64,000 bases of DNA. It comes from Octopus sinensis (Eukaryota). This document shows positions 52,090 to 64,000 of this stretch, in pieces. Made by a program: the position numbers and the translations under genes. The notes below the pieces were generated by a model, which saw only the letters and a list, made by a program, of their open reading frames with translations, made no database searches and was not told the DNA's origin. Location of the stretch: positions 63,488,001 through 63,552,000 of the forward strand of contig NC_043003.1 in the NCBI RefSeq assembly GCF_006345805.1. Direction: 5' to 3'. Position 1 is the first letter of the stretch; every line of letters starts with the position of its first letter.

Positions 52090-52653
52090 CGACACCACTA
52101 CCGCCATTACTACCACCGCCACCATCACAACAACAACAACAACAAACACCAATTATGCCGTCGCTCCCTACCACCACAACAACCACCACCACCATCACAC
52201 TCCCTACCACTACCACCACAACCACTACCCCACCACCTCCACCCTACCATCACCACCACCACTACCACCACCCTACCCCTGCCACTATCACCACCTCCAC
52301 CGTCGCCGCCGCCACCGCCACCGCCACCACCACCACCACCAACGACAACAACAGCAGTACCACCATCATCACCAACAATGACAGGATCACTACTTCCACT
52401 AACATCATTACTACTGCTCCCCCCCATGGACACCCATTAAGAACAACAACACACCAACAACAACACTGTTAAATACAACAACAACAACAACAACAACAGC
52501 AATGCGACCGCCATCACCACCACTACTAACTGCAACATTCACTACCAGCATCGCTTACAAGGACACCCATTTACATCACCACCACCACCACCGCTGTCAT
52601 CACATTCATCATCACCATCACCGGCCTCAGCAACGGCATTAACGCCACTACCA

Positions 52654-52687
<34 letters not shown>

Positions 52688-52780
52688 CGACAATAACAGC
52701 ATCCTCACCACCATCATCTCCACCATCAACAAGATCTTACCGTATGAAATTATTCCCATCTCACTCCACCCATCCATTCA
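52090..52780. repeat. Degenerate (CAC/CAA/CAT)n low-complexity tract
   Basis: Direct inspection. Confidence 0.9.
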
Positions 52781-53220
52781 CACACACACAAGAAAAAAAA
52801 CGGAAAAATCATTGATCGGGTGACAGTCCAATTATCTTTTCATTTCATTCTTTTAGAGAAGTTTGACAGCGTCGTCGGACAATTCTAGGGTGTGGAGGGT
52901 CGAACCAAGGCAAGAACTCCTGAACTTCTCTATGTTCTGCTCAAAATAGTAGCCAAATACACTTCAAATCACACAAAACCATCGTAAATAAGGGGCATTT
53001 TGGTTAAAGCATTTTACTACCCGACAAATTAAGATGGAGGATCATGGTTGGAATGTCTGTAATGATAGTTCTGCTCAACAGGAGTTGTATTAAGGCTAAA
53101 CAATAGTTTATACTACATTCTCGAGCAAGCCATGGACGACTCGTGTCACTGGATCGTTTGAAATTATGAACCAAAGCTCACCCTGTTCTAACTTTTTAGA
53201 CTGGACACATTAGGTAATGT

Positions 53221-53920
53221 ATCCATCCATCCATCCATCCATTTTCCCTGCCCACTTTTCTTGGAAGAGTCGTAGCAGGAGAGTCCTTATGCACGTTATC
53301 CATATGGTCCTGTCAGACGCAACCGTCAGTATACTTTTCGGCCGGATTCCTAAGCGCGACTAATTGAGACTATGGATATAGTTTAGCCATCTCGCTCGTA
53401 GTCTACTCCTAGATCTCCTGCCAGTTAATTCGGTTTGAAGAATCCGCCTTGCGATTCTTAACTGCGACGTTCTCATCATATGTCAGAAGTACCGGAGTTT
53501 TTACCTCTCAATCCGGAGAAGTAACATCCTCGGCCTGGAGAGATACTGTGATATCCGAACTACACATCCCGTCGAATACCGTTGCTCCAGAGATCCTTTT
53601 GAGAAATCCCATTTTAGCTGCTTGTATTCGCGATCGTACTCCCTCGATCATAACCCAATATTCACGACCATAGATGAGGATAGGCACGAAAGTCGAATTG
53701 AAGATGGTTTTCTATTTTTTGTTTTTTTAACAATCTCTTCTCTTTTATCAATTTTTACCAATCTCTTCTCTTCTGAGGAGCGAAGAGATGAAACCTAGAG
53801 TATTACTATCCCAGTGCTTGCAATTCTAGCGTCCGATTCGTCCTCCTGCTTTCCATCACTTGCGAATACAGCCCTAAGGTGCTTCATTTGTTTAATTTAA
53901 GGTGCAGAGTGCAAACCATG
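53221..53920 (-). mobile_element. RTE-clade (Rex3/Expander-like) LINE 3' fragment with (GATG)n tail
   Basis: Minus translation FASDGKQEDESDARIA, FNSTFVPILIYGREYWVMIEGVRSRIQAAKMGFLKRISG; (ATCC)n at 53221-53241. Confidence 0.8.
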
Positions 53921-54198
53921 CTGGCATGCCTTTAACCTTATTTTCTGCTCGATTACAACGGAATTGGTGTTACACAACAACCATGACTTTTTATTTTTTC
54001 ATATCTTAACCCATTAAGTCCCACTGAGAACATTAGATAAGCTATATCACATTGTCTCAGTGTCCTATTTATAGGACACCGAATATTTCGATTTCTACTT
54101 GAAGTAAAGGAGTTTTAATAATTATTTTTTTTCATTTTAACCTCTTTCAATCATCTGTAAAAATTTTAAAGTAATATTCAGAAATATAAGTACTGTGC

Positions 54199-54613
54199 AG
54201 GAGTGGCTGTGTGGTAAGTAGCTTGCCTACCAACCACATGGTTCTGGGTTCAGTCCCACTGCGTGGCATCTTGGGCAAGTGTCTTCTGCTATAGCCTCGG
54301 GCCGACCAATGCCTTGTGAGTGGATTTGGTAGACGAAAACTGAAAGAAGCCTGTCGTATATATGTATATATATGTATGTATGCGTGTGTATATGTTTGTG
54401 TGTCTGTGTTTGTCCCTCTAGTATTGCTTGACAACCGATGCTGGTGTGTTTACGTCCCCGTCACTTAGCGGTTCGGCAAAAGAGACCGATAGAATAAGTA
54501 CTGGGCTTACAAAGAATAAGTCCCGGGGTTGATTTGCTCGACTAAAGGCGGTGCTCCAGCATGGCCGCAGTCAAATGACTGAAACAAGTAAAAGAGTAAA
54601 AGAGTAAAAGAGT
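54199..54613 (+). mobile_element. Intact SINE family A (reference for the empty target site)
   Basis: aggagtggctgtgtggtaagtagcttgcctaccaaccacatgg...; tail aaagagt repeats; approximate TSD agtactgtg/agtactctg. Confidence 0.9.
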
Positions 54614-55621
54614 ACTCTGGGACTTAATGTGTTAGTAGGTGATATATCCCACAGCTTGTCGATTTTGGCTCACTTCATGTTTTGTTCCCCCTCCCTGCAT
54701 CAGTATTTTCATTTTGCATCTTAATGCAGATCCTCATCTCTCCACATAATACATCAACTATTTTCAGCTTTTTCTCTGCCTGTCCGTTTGTCTGTCTGTT
54801 TGTCTGTCTGTCTCCCTCTCTCTCTTCTCTTTCACTTCCCTTCTCTCTCATAAATGATGTTATCTCTGGATAAATATCGCAGTAAATTTGCTTTTCGTGA
54901 TGTAGTTATATTAATTACTATACACGTATTGATTGATTGATTGATTCTAGTTTCAGCTTATGAGCTGTGGCCATGCTGGGGCACAACTTTAAAATATATT
55001 CACCGGATTCTACTAATAAGTTAGATATGACCTACGCTTCGGCTGCCTGAAATCTACCTCAGCTACACAATATGTTACACTGGCATTATACTTCCTCAAC
55101 GCTTCTGCTTCGTTTCCTTAAAGTTAGTTCTGTTGGTGAGAAACAGTTCAGTGCAGCTCAGACTTCTAACGTAACTTCTACCTGTTCATCAATCACCTCA
55201 ATGTTTGTTTGGCTGTGATTGTGGAGAAAGACACTCAAGTAACTTGTGCTCGGTTTATACAACATATTTAAGCGTGCTATAAGCCTATAGATTATCTAAA
55301 GGAACGAAATGAACCAAGGTGACTTTTAGAAGTCTCTCAGAAAATCTTAACAATTTTCTCTCCTTTTGGGGGAACAGTTAAATAATTGAGGGACTTTAAA
55401 GGTCAAACACTGATAGTATTTGATTTTACTATTCCAGCCTGGTGGAGTGTCCTGGTATGTCAAAATGTAACTTACCGGTTCGACAAATATGCATCGATAA
55501 AATATGTACTAGAATGAAATATTTACTGGGGTCGATATGATCCTTTAACGCCGTTGAACTCGTGGCTACGGCATAACCGTACCTCGATAGCTAAAATAAG
55601 AGATAAGAGCCTTCGCTAATA

Positions 55622-56912
55622 CGAGGGGCGTTCAATAAGTAATGCCCCTGACCCACTTCCCATAGCAGTAGAGCAACGAAACTTGGCACAGTTATTAGTC
55701 TTTTTCTACATAGGAACTACCCAGAGTTACGCATTTCTCACATCGTTTGATGCAGCTCTGAAGACCGTTTTTGTAGAAGACCCCAGCTTGGTCCTCCAAC
55801 CACGACGTGACTTCAGAAATCAAGGCTGCATCATCTGGGAAACGCTTTCCTTTCAAAAACAACTTCATGGCTGGGAAGAGGTGAAAATCAGAGGGTGCAA
55901 AGTCAGGAGAGTATGGGGGATGGGGGATGAGTTCATAGCTGACGCCTGTGCTTCTGATCTGGCGACACGCGAGTTGTGAACCGGAGCGTTGTCCTGCAAG
56001 AGGAAGATGCCTTTGCTGATCTTGCCCCGCCTCTTGATTTTGATAGCTTCTCTTAATTTCCTCAAAAGTGAAGCATAATAGGCTCCTGTAATTGTGGCAC
56101 CCTTTGCCAGGAAATCTGTCATCAGTACTCCGTCCTGGTCCCAGAAGACTGTGAGCATGACCTTGCCAGCAGAAGGCTGCACCCTTGCCTTCTTTGGAGG
56201 AGGTGAGTCACGGTGTGTCCACTGCATTGACTGGGCTTTGGTCTCTGGATCATAGTGATGGACCCAGGTTTCATCCTGTGTAATCAGTCTTTTGAAAAAT
56301 TTTGACTCATCTTCTTGGCACATCTCCAAATTCATCCTCGAGTAATCGACATGTTCTTGCTTCTGGAAAGATGTGAGCAACCTGGGAATCCATCTGGCAG
56401 ACACCTTTTGCATATGCAAATGGTCATGAATGATAGTTTCCGCAGACCCGGTACTAATATTGACCTCATGGGCTATTTGGCGAATAGTTATGCGTCGATC
56501 TTCCAAAATGGCAGCCTCAACATGACGGACAGATGCCTCATCAATGGCAGAAGGGGGCGACCAGATCTGGGAGCTGTTTCCACAGAGTTCCAACCATGTT
56601 TGAATTCACGATGCCAGCGTTTTACAAGGTCATATGATGGGGCATCATCACCATAAGTTACTTTCATTTCATCAAAAGTCTCCCGTGGTATGCGTCCTTT
56701 CAAATACAAAAACTGGATCACTGCTCGACACTCAACAGGCTCCATTTCACACTTAACTCAGTTCAAACACTTGTAAATCAGAAACCACAATTAGTCCAGA
56801 GCTGTAATTTGTCACTTAATCTATAAAGATATAAATAATTGTACATGCAAAATTTCAGCTAGATCAAATAACTGCAAGTGGGTCAGAAGCATTACTTATT
56901 GAACGCCCCTCG
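55622..56912 (-). mobile_element. Full-length mariner element (1291 bp)
   Basis: 33-bp TIRs cgaggggcgttcaataagtaatgc..ctgaccc (2 mismatches), TA on both flanks. Confidence 0.95.
55695..56745 (-). pseudogene. Mariner DD34D transposase with two 1-nt frameshifts
   Basis: SARWIPRLL, ITQDETW, LLQDNAPVH, HPPYSPDLAPSDFHLF; ends YVEKD*; frameshifts near 56560 and 55945. Confidence 0.92.
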
Positions 56913-57790
56913 TAAGTCAACCAATCTACTCGTCATTTTTGTGCTAGGAACAAAAAGAAGCAGATTCATTTAAGCAACAAATACACACACACACGTGCGT
57001 GCGCACATACGCAGGTACGCATGCATACACACGCGGGCATGCTCATGCACACACACATACACACACACAGGCACGCACAAGCGCGCGCAGACAGGCAGGC
57101 AGGCACACTATTTTGTCTGTTGACATTCAGATATTTTTTCTTACAGAATTTTAAGCGTCATCCTTATACTTTGTATAATGTCGTATTTAACATTTTCGAG
57201 TGTATTTGGACGTGATAAGGCCTTTCGCTGCAGAAATAGTGCCGGGAAAAAATTCCACGCCTAGACTTCTTTGAAAACACATTTGGGGGAAGACATGCTA
57301 TGACATCACAGTATCATAAGATGCAGAAATGCAGTTGAAGGTTCTTATCCCGTCCGAATACACTGGAACGCGTTAAATATAACTCTACACGAATATAGTT
57401 TATTCAACGCTGCTTCGTGTGACAGTATTTGCATATTTCTTTTCTTTTTTCTGTTTTAACGTAGAATTAGCAGTAGCCTACATCTTCAAATGGTTTAAGA
57501 TAAAGTTTGCAAACACAAACTTAATTGAATGAAAAAGTCGCAAAATTTCATTAAATAGTACATGAGTATACGCACATGAGTATACGCATATGTGAGTATA
57601 CGCACATTTATGTTGATCTATATATCACTTTCCCAACATTCCTCACTCACTGTCAGAGTAATTTCTCATTCCACGTCTCGTCTCATATATCTCATCCACT
57701 GTAGACATTTAATTCCTGCTTTTTAGAGATATCTAACAATATACCACCTCTCACTCCCTCAATCGTTCAGACAACTTTTATTGGGTACAT

Positions 57791-57833
<43 letters not shown>

Positions 57834-58250
57834 TTCTTTTAGCCTTCCGGCATCAATTGTTCTACTTTTACATAAATTGCTATCTATATCTTGGCCCTAA
57901 ATAAAAGCTCAAGAAACATTTGTAAGTCCATAACGAAGCATCCATCTTTCAAATTCGGTTACAACACATCATGGAAAAAAAATCATTATGCTTTGAAACT
58001 GAAGCTTTTTGATGTTCCCTCTAACACAAGCTTTTATATGTAAGTCATTTTCTTACATATTTTGACATATATTTTATGTATTTTTCCTACGAATGGAGCT
58101 CGTCTTAAAAATAAACAGAAAAGACAAAAATTCAGCAAACTATGAATCAGCTCTTCCGTTTGTAAATAAATTCCCTGACACATAAAAATATACGCTCTCT
58201 CTCTCTCTCTTCTCTCATTCTTTCTCCCCCCCTCCTCACACACACTACAC

Positions 58251-58327
<77 letters not shown>

Positions 58328-59432
58328 GGGCATATATACAGATGCAGTCATTTACCCACGTATAAGCACATTTCACAACGTCAACAAATAGTGCCCACCC
58401 TGTTGCGAATATTCTCGAACCAAGAATCTCATTCGAGATTAACTCCGATATTCTAGAATGCCGCTCCCTACTGTCGGAACCCAGGAATCATGATGTCTTC
58501 CTCCCATAGCTTGCCATTCCCACCATTATCGAAATATTCTGAAAGAAGGTCAGAGCGTACGAATAAACACTTTGCAGTAATTGTTTGGTCGCTTTTTACC
58601 CCAAGTTCAAACTCTGCCGATAGAAAATAAGTAGCAGCCGAGAGTTCAACGCAATGAAATGGTAGAATTATTAAAATCTGACATCTTCAGAATACATTCC
58701 AGCTTTTGCGTTCTCAGTTCTTGGGCGGTCGATTTATTCAGTAATTCGATTTACATTATTACCGGATTTTGAGTACCTTCAGAGAACTTCCCTCTGTTTA
58801 TAAGCATTCAGACTCAACATTTCGAGAGCGTTGTTTTCTGTCTCCTAGTCAGTGGGACACGCAGTGGAAATGGCTCCTCACAGGTCTTCCGAAACTTGTA
58901 GAAGGAAGAGAGTCTAGATCCGAATGCTTGCAACAGTTCGAACTCTGCTAAAGGCACCCAAAGGGCCTGATGGTTGTGTAACACATGATGATGTATTAAG
59001 TCTATCACCAAAGCAGGCTATGGCAGGATTTGAATATAGAACGCGAAGAGCTAAGACAGTTACGGTCTGATTTTAAGGTAATTTTATCCCTTTATCTCGT
59101 TAGTCTTAGGCACCTTAACAAAAAGTAAAAGTAAATAAAGGGTCTTGAGCGTTGCCCTTCTCTCCCTTGGGCTCTGCCCTTTGTGCTAGAACTCAAAATA
59201 TATGCTTCGGAATACAGCGTTATTCGAGACCAGCGTGTATATATGAAATTAAATGAATGCTCCGAGGAAGTAGTAAGGTGACGCACAAGCACTCAGGTCT
59301 GGATGCACTGTATGTTTTAGCAGAAACAGCTGCAAGCTAAGGTATTTAAATGCTTATTCTACTATTTCACAAACACACACACACATACTCACACACACAC
59401 ACATATACATACGTACATACACACACACACAC

Positions 59433-59483
<51 letters not shown>

Positions 59484-59495
59484 ACAACACACACT

Positions 59496-59526
<31 letters not shown>

Positions 59527-59929
59527 CCCATAGCACACACACACACACAAACAAACTCATTCACGCGTGACAACACGCTCACACTTACATAACGTATTCC
59601 TACAATCTCTTAACCCATCACACATACATCTCGCCTATTTTCCTTAACTGTCACTTCTTTTGACAGTAAATCACCATTCTACACACTTCCGCTCTACCAA
59701 CCTCCCTTCTACTGTTCATTATGTGTATTTTCACCAGAATTGACGCTGTTTTGCTTTGTTTTATTTATTTATTTATTTATTTCCTTTTTATTTATTTATT
59801 TATTTTGCATTCTTTTCCCACAATCCTTTATTTCTCTCTTCTGTTCTCAACAGAAGGCTCTTGACTGGAACCTTCAGGTTTTTCCCCGTTCCTCCCTCAC
59901 ACCCTAATAGTAATCCTTTCTACTATAGG

Positions 59930-60146
59930 CAGAAGGCCTGAATTTTTTTTTGGTGGGATGGGGGTGGGGGTGGAGTCGATTAGATCGACCCCAGTTCGCA
60001 ACTGGTACTTAATTTATCGACCGCGAAAGGATGAAAGGCAAAGTCGACTGCGGTGGTATTTGAACTCAGAACGTAAAGACAGACAAAATGCCGCTAAGCA
60101 TTTTGCTCGGCGTGCTCACGATTCTGCCAGCTCACCGCCTTAACAA

Positions 60147-60184
<38 letters not shown>

Positions 60185-60410
60185 ACAACAACAACAACAA
60201 CAATAATAATAATAATTCTTTCTATTAAAGACACAAATCCCGAAATTTTGGGGTTGGAGACTAGTCGATTACATCGACCCCAGTATTTCCCTGGTACTTA
60301 ATTTATCGACCCCGAAAAGATGAAAGTAAGGTCGACCTCGGTGGTATTTGAACTCAATACAAAGACGGATGAAATGCTGCTAAGCGTAGTAACAATTCTG
60401 CCAGCTCACC
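59930..60410 (-). mobile_element. Two SINE family B copies separated by trinucleotide repeats
   Basis: gaaaggatgaaaggcaaagtcgac...ctgccagctcaccgcc. Confidence 0.8.
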
Positions 60411-60425
60411 GTCGTAAATAATATT

Positions 60426-60711
60426 GTTTGTTCCTTCTCGAGCCACGCCTGGCTCATAAGGGCCGTATGACTGGTTTCCTTGGCGTATAGGTTCCCCACC
60501 GTCGCAGGTGAGCTGTTAAATGCAGGAGGAAAGAGTGAGAGAAAGTTGTGGCGAAAGAGTCAGCAGAAGTTCGCCATTACCTTCTACCGGAGCCGCGTGG
60601 AGCTTAGGTGTTTTGCTCATAAACACACACATTGCCCGGTCTGAGATTCGAACTCGCGATCGCTCGACCGTGAGTCCGCTGCTCTAACCACTAGGACATG
60701 TGTCTCCACAA
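60426..60711 (-). mobile_element. SINE family D (tRNA head) with 10-bp TSD
   Basis: Minus gtggagacacatgtcctagtggttagagc...gagttcgaatctc; TSD aaataatatt at 60416-60425 and 60712-60721. Confidence 0.75.
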
Positions 60712-61944
60712 AAATAATATTATTAATAATGATAAATTGGTAATAAATTCTTTTTGTACTATAAACACAAGGCCTGACTTATAAGGGAGTGGGGCTATAA
60801 GGGAGTGCACAAGTGGTACTTATTTTATCGACCCGTGAGAGAATGAAAGGCAAAGTCGACCTCGGTGACATTTGAATTCAGAGCGTGAAGCCGGAAGCAA
60901 CATCGTCAAGCATTTTGTCCAGCCAAATGGCCGCCATTTCTTGCAACTTAATTATATATTTTGCACTTTTGTTCACTACTCTATTTTTTTTTCTCGTGAC
61001 TTCACTTGCACATTCTAGTATCACGCCAGCGCAGACAACGTAGATTGCCACGACATTTATGTTATTATGCATCTAATAAGGAACACGACTGTTTATTTCT
61101 GTGCCTTGTTATTGGAACTGCATCGCCTTCTGCACTGCTCCACAAACAAGCCAATTCGGTGCTGCAGTTTTTCGTCCACTCGTCGACTTTACTTTCTTTC
61201 ACAGCTCAAAGCAATAGGAAATTCTTTGCTCATTCCTCTCCATCAAAAATTACTTCCTTCTGAAATTCCCATCCTGATCACATGTACTTTTGTTGCTGCT
61301 GTTTGCTGCTGCTGCTGTTATTGTTTAATTCAAATGGTTCTGAAAGAGCAGATATATGATCAAAGGCCATGGTCCATGACAGAGTTTCACTGTCCAAAGC
61401 GTTCATTTGAGATGTATTTGGTTATTATTTCTAGCGGACTGAATACTTTCTTACTTAATCCTTTCACTCCCTATAGAGCATAATTTATCAACGGCTTTTC
61501 TTGAATGTTCTCAATCTCTCAGATCTTGCTGATTTCGATTTGTCACCGATGCTTCTGTAACTTTACTGGGTTTTTTTATATATATAAGATAGGAGTTTTA
61601 GCCTCCGGCAAACCATTTTTGCCTATGGGGAGAAGTTGTCCACATTAGTCTGACCTCTATCCTTTCACCTGTCTAACATGGGAGCTTGCGATCCAATGGC
61701 ATAGCTCTCAGAGTCATTAACACACCACACACACACATACACAAGTGCCACACCGCAAGAAGGTCTAGATGAGTGTTAACGTAGAACTCTAATTGCTGGT
61801 TCGTCACTGTCCACGGTTTCCTTACAAGAATCAAGCTAAAGATATTAGAGCCAAGTCAGAGATATCGTACTTCATAAATGAAAACCGTGGATAATCAAAT
61901 TAAATCTTAAGCGGAAAAAAGAAGTGATTAATATTAATTTAACT

Positions 61945-62150
61945 TAAGGCGGCGAGCTGGCAGAATCGTGGGCACACAGGGCAAAATGCTTAGCGGCATT
62001 TCGTCCGTCTTTACGTTCAAATTCCGCTGAAGTCAACTTTGCTTTTCATCCTTTCAGGGTCGATAACATTTGTATCAGATAAGCATTGCGATTGTTGTAA
62101 TCGACTTACTCCTCCCTGGAACTTACTGGTCTTGTGTCAAAATTCGAAAG
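61945..62150 (+). mobile_element. SINE family B
   Basis: taaggcggcgagctggcagaatcg...ggtcttgtgtcaaaatt. Confidence 0.75.
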
Positions 62151-62599
62151 CAATATTAATTTGGTATGATTTTGTTACATAAGGATAGTTACTCTGGGCA
62201 TATTTCGCTTGTATTAGATCTCCTCAGCGCAAAAGAACCTTCTCAGTATATGATAAGAGAATTGCCGTATTGATGTCTGTTACAGTACAAGAAGCAACGA
62301 AACGAACATCAGCTGCATAAACCTCTTTCATCTTCGAAGATTAAATGCGCCGTTTGTACAGAGCTTCACACAAGCTAATCATTCTTATGGAAATAACTGG
62401 GCGTTTGTCCGTATGCTATGAAACTTAGTATTTAGAAGTAAATGACTTTAATAACATGTTGGCTCTTTAACAACTATTCAATCGCTTGTAAATTCCTATC
62501 GTATATTAAGTAGAAGTTTTGTTTGTTAGCCAGAGAAGATGGTAGATCGTTAAAAAAGATTGACTCTGACACATACGTAGATAAGGAGAAAGATAGATA

Positions 62600-62612
62600 C
62601 GCAGAAAAACAC

Positions 62613-62644
<32 letters not shown>

Positions 62645-62809
62645 TACATACTACATACACCATACACACCGAAATGTGGAGTAGATAATAGCCGACAACT
62701 ATGAAGGGTCGTTCTTTGTTACTTGTCTTGTTTTCTGTTTCTTTCTTCATTGTTCGCATACAAAAGTTAGTCTTCGTATTCCATGTTTACGGTTTGTGTC
62801 GTCCTGTAC

Positions 62810-62847
<38 letters not shown>

Positions 62848-63409
62848 TTGCGGCCAAAATGTTAGAACGGCATTGTTTTCGTCAGAAAAGTAGGTATAAG
62901 TTTTTATCAAAGTTGTTTTATATTATATAATTTTACAGACAATAAGTACGATATTATTTGTTATTATCTGAGATTTTTGTGTAATTTGAGAGGATAATAC
63001 AAAAGTTATGGATGATATAGTGATTTACTGCAAAATCCATGGCGGCCAAAATGATTAGAACGGTTGAAAAAATAACAAAATAATCAAAATGACAGAGAAT
63101 GCTGGAATTATTTCATATTTAGTGTGAAGCCCTTTAGCTTCAATCAAAGTTTGACATTTTTGACTGCATGAGAAATTAAATTTTCAATTCTTGCTGGGTG
63201 ATCTTAGATATATATATATAATATATATATATACACACACATACATACACTACATACATACATACCACACCGAAATGTGGAGTAGATAAATAGCCGACAA
63301 CTATGAGGGTCGTCTTTTTGTTACTTGTCTGTTTTCTGTTTCTTTCTTTCATTGTTCGCATACAAAAGTTGTCTTCGTATTCCATGTTTACGGTTTGTGT
63401 CGTCCTGTA

Positions 63410-63451
<42 letters not shown>

Positions 63452-64000
63452 TTGCGGCCAAAATGTTAGAACGGCATTGTTTTCGTCAGAAAAGTAGGTA
63501 TAAGTTTTTATCAAAGTTGTTTTATATTATATAATTTTACAGACAATAAGTACGATATTATTTGTTATTATCTGAGATTTTTGTGTAATTGAGAGGATAA
63601 TACAAAATTATGATGATATAGTGATTTACTGCTGAAAATCCATGGCGGCCAAAATGATTAGAACGGTTGAAAAAATAACAAAATAATCAAAAAGTGACAG
63701 AGAATGCTGGAATTATTTCATATTTAGTGTGAAGCCCTTTAGCTTCAATCAAAGTTTGACATTTTTGACTGCATGAGGAAATTAAATTTTCAATTCTTGC
63801 TGGGTGATCTTAGATATATATATATAATATATATATATACACACACATACATACATACATACATACATACACACCGAAATGTGGAGTAGATAAATAGCCG
63901 ACAACTATGAAGGGTCGTTCTTTGTTACTTGTCTGTTTTCTGTTTCTTTCTTTCATTGTTCGCATACAAAAGTTAGTCTTCGTATTCCATGTTTACGGTT
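62600..64000. repeat. Tandem duplication, ~600-bp unit, more than two copies, runs off the window
   Basis: gaaatgtggagtagat at 62671, 63272 and 63876 (periods 601 and 604). Confidence 0.9.
62845..63205 (-). mobile_element. Tc1-family right end (second copy 63449-63810)
   Basis: TA|cagttgcggccaaaatgttagaacgg with inner repeat ggcggccaaaatgattagaacgg; frameshifted minus translation EITQQE...IEAKGLHTKY*. Confidence 0.75.

Overview
Eukaryotic, AT-rich, repeat-dominated genomic DNA with a 100-N scaffold gap at 48379-48478. The SINE families and dense microsatellites suggest an Octopus genome (recognised from memory, not database-verified). No host protein-coding gene can be called with confidence; almost all ORFs in the track are microsatellite or transposon artefacts. 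The centrepiece is 25957-33325, a tRNA-derived SINE split at the 12-bp site AAGTAGCTTGCT by two tandem retroelements. The first is a 1.5-kb element encoding only a gag-like ORF1 with a CCHC knuckle. The second is a 5.4-kb Tx1/L1-clade LINE (ORF1 plus APE-RT-zinc-finger ORF2, frameshifted). A copy of the target site lies at each of the three junctions. The two elements share a 3' terminal motif and stem-loop. The LINE 3' UTR also shares 26/26 nt with the tail of a second abundant SINE family, which itself inserts preferentially at GGTAT. Several long foldback palindromes (2.0-2.65, 19.2-19.7 and 51.3-51.6 kb) carry minimal type-I hammerhead-ribozyme-like cores typical of Penelope-like element termini. 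Also present: a near-complete mariner, Tc1 remnants, an R4/Dong-like RLE fragment beside a TAA/TGA microsatellite, a Rex3/Expander-like RTE fragment, hAT-type and other MITEs, a Helitron-like 3' end, many nested SINEs and a ~600-bp tandem duplication at the window end.
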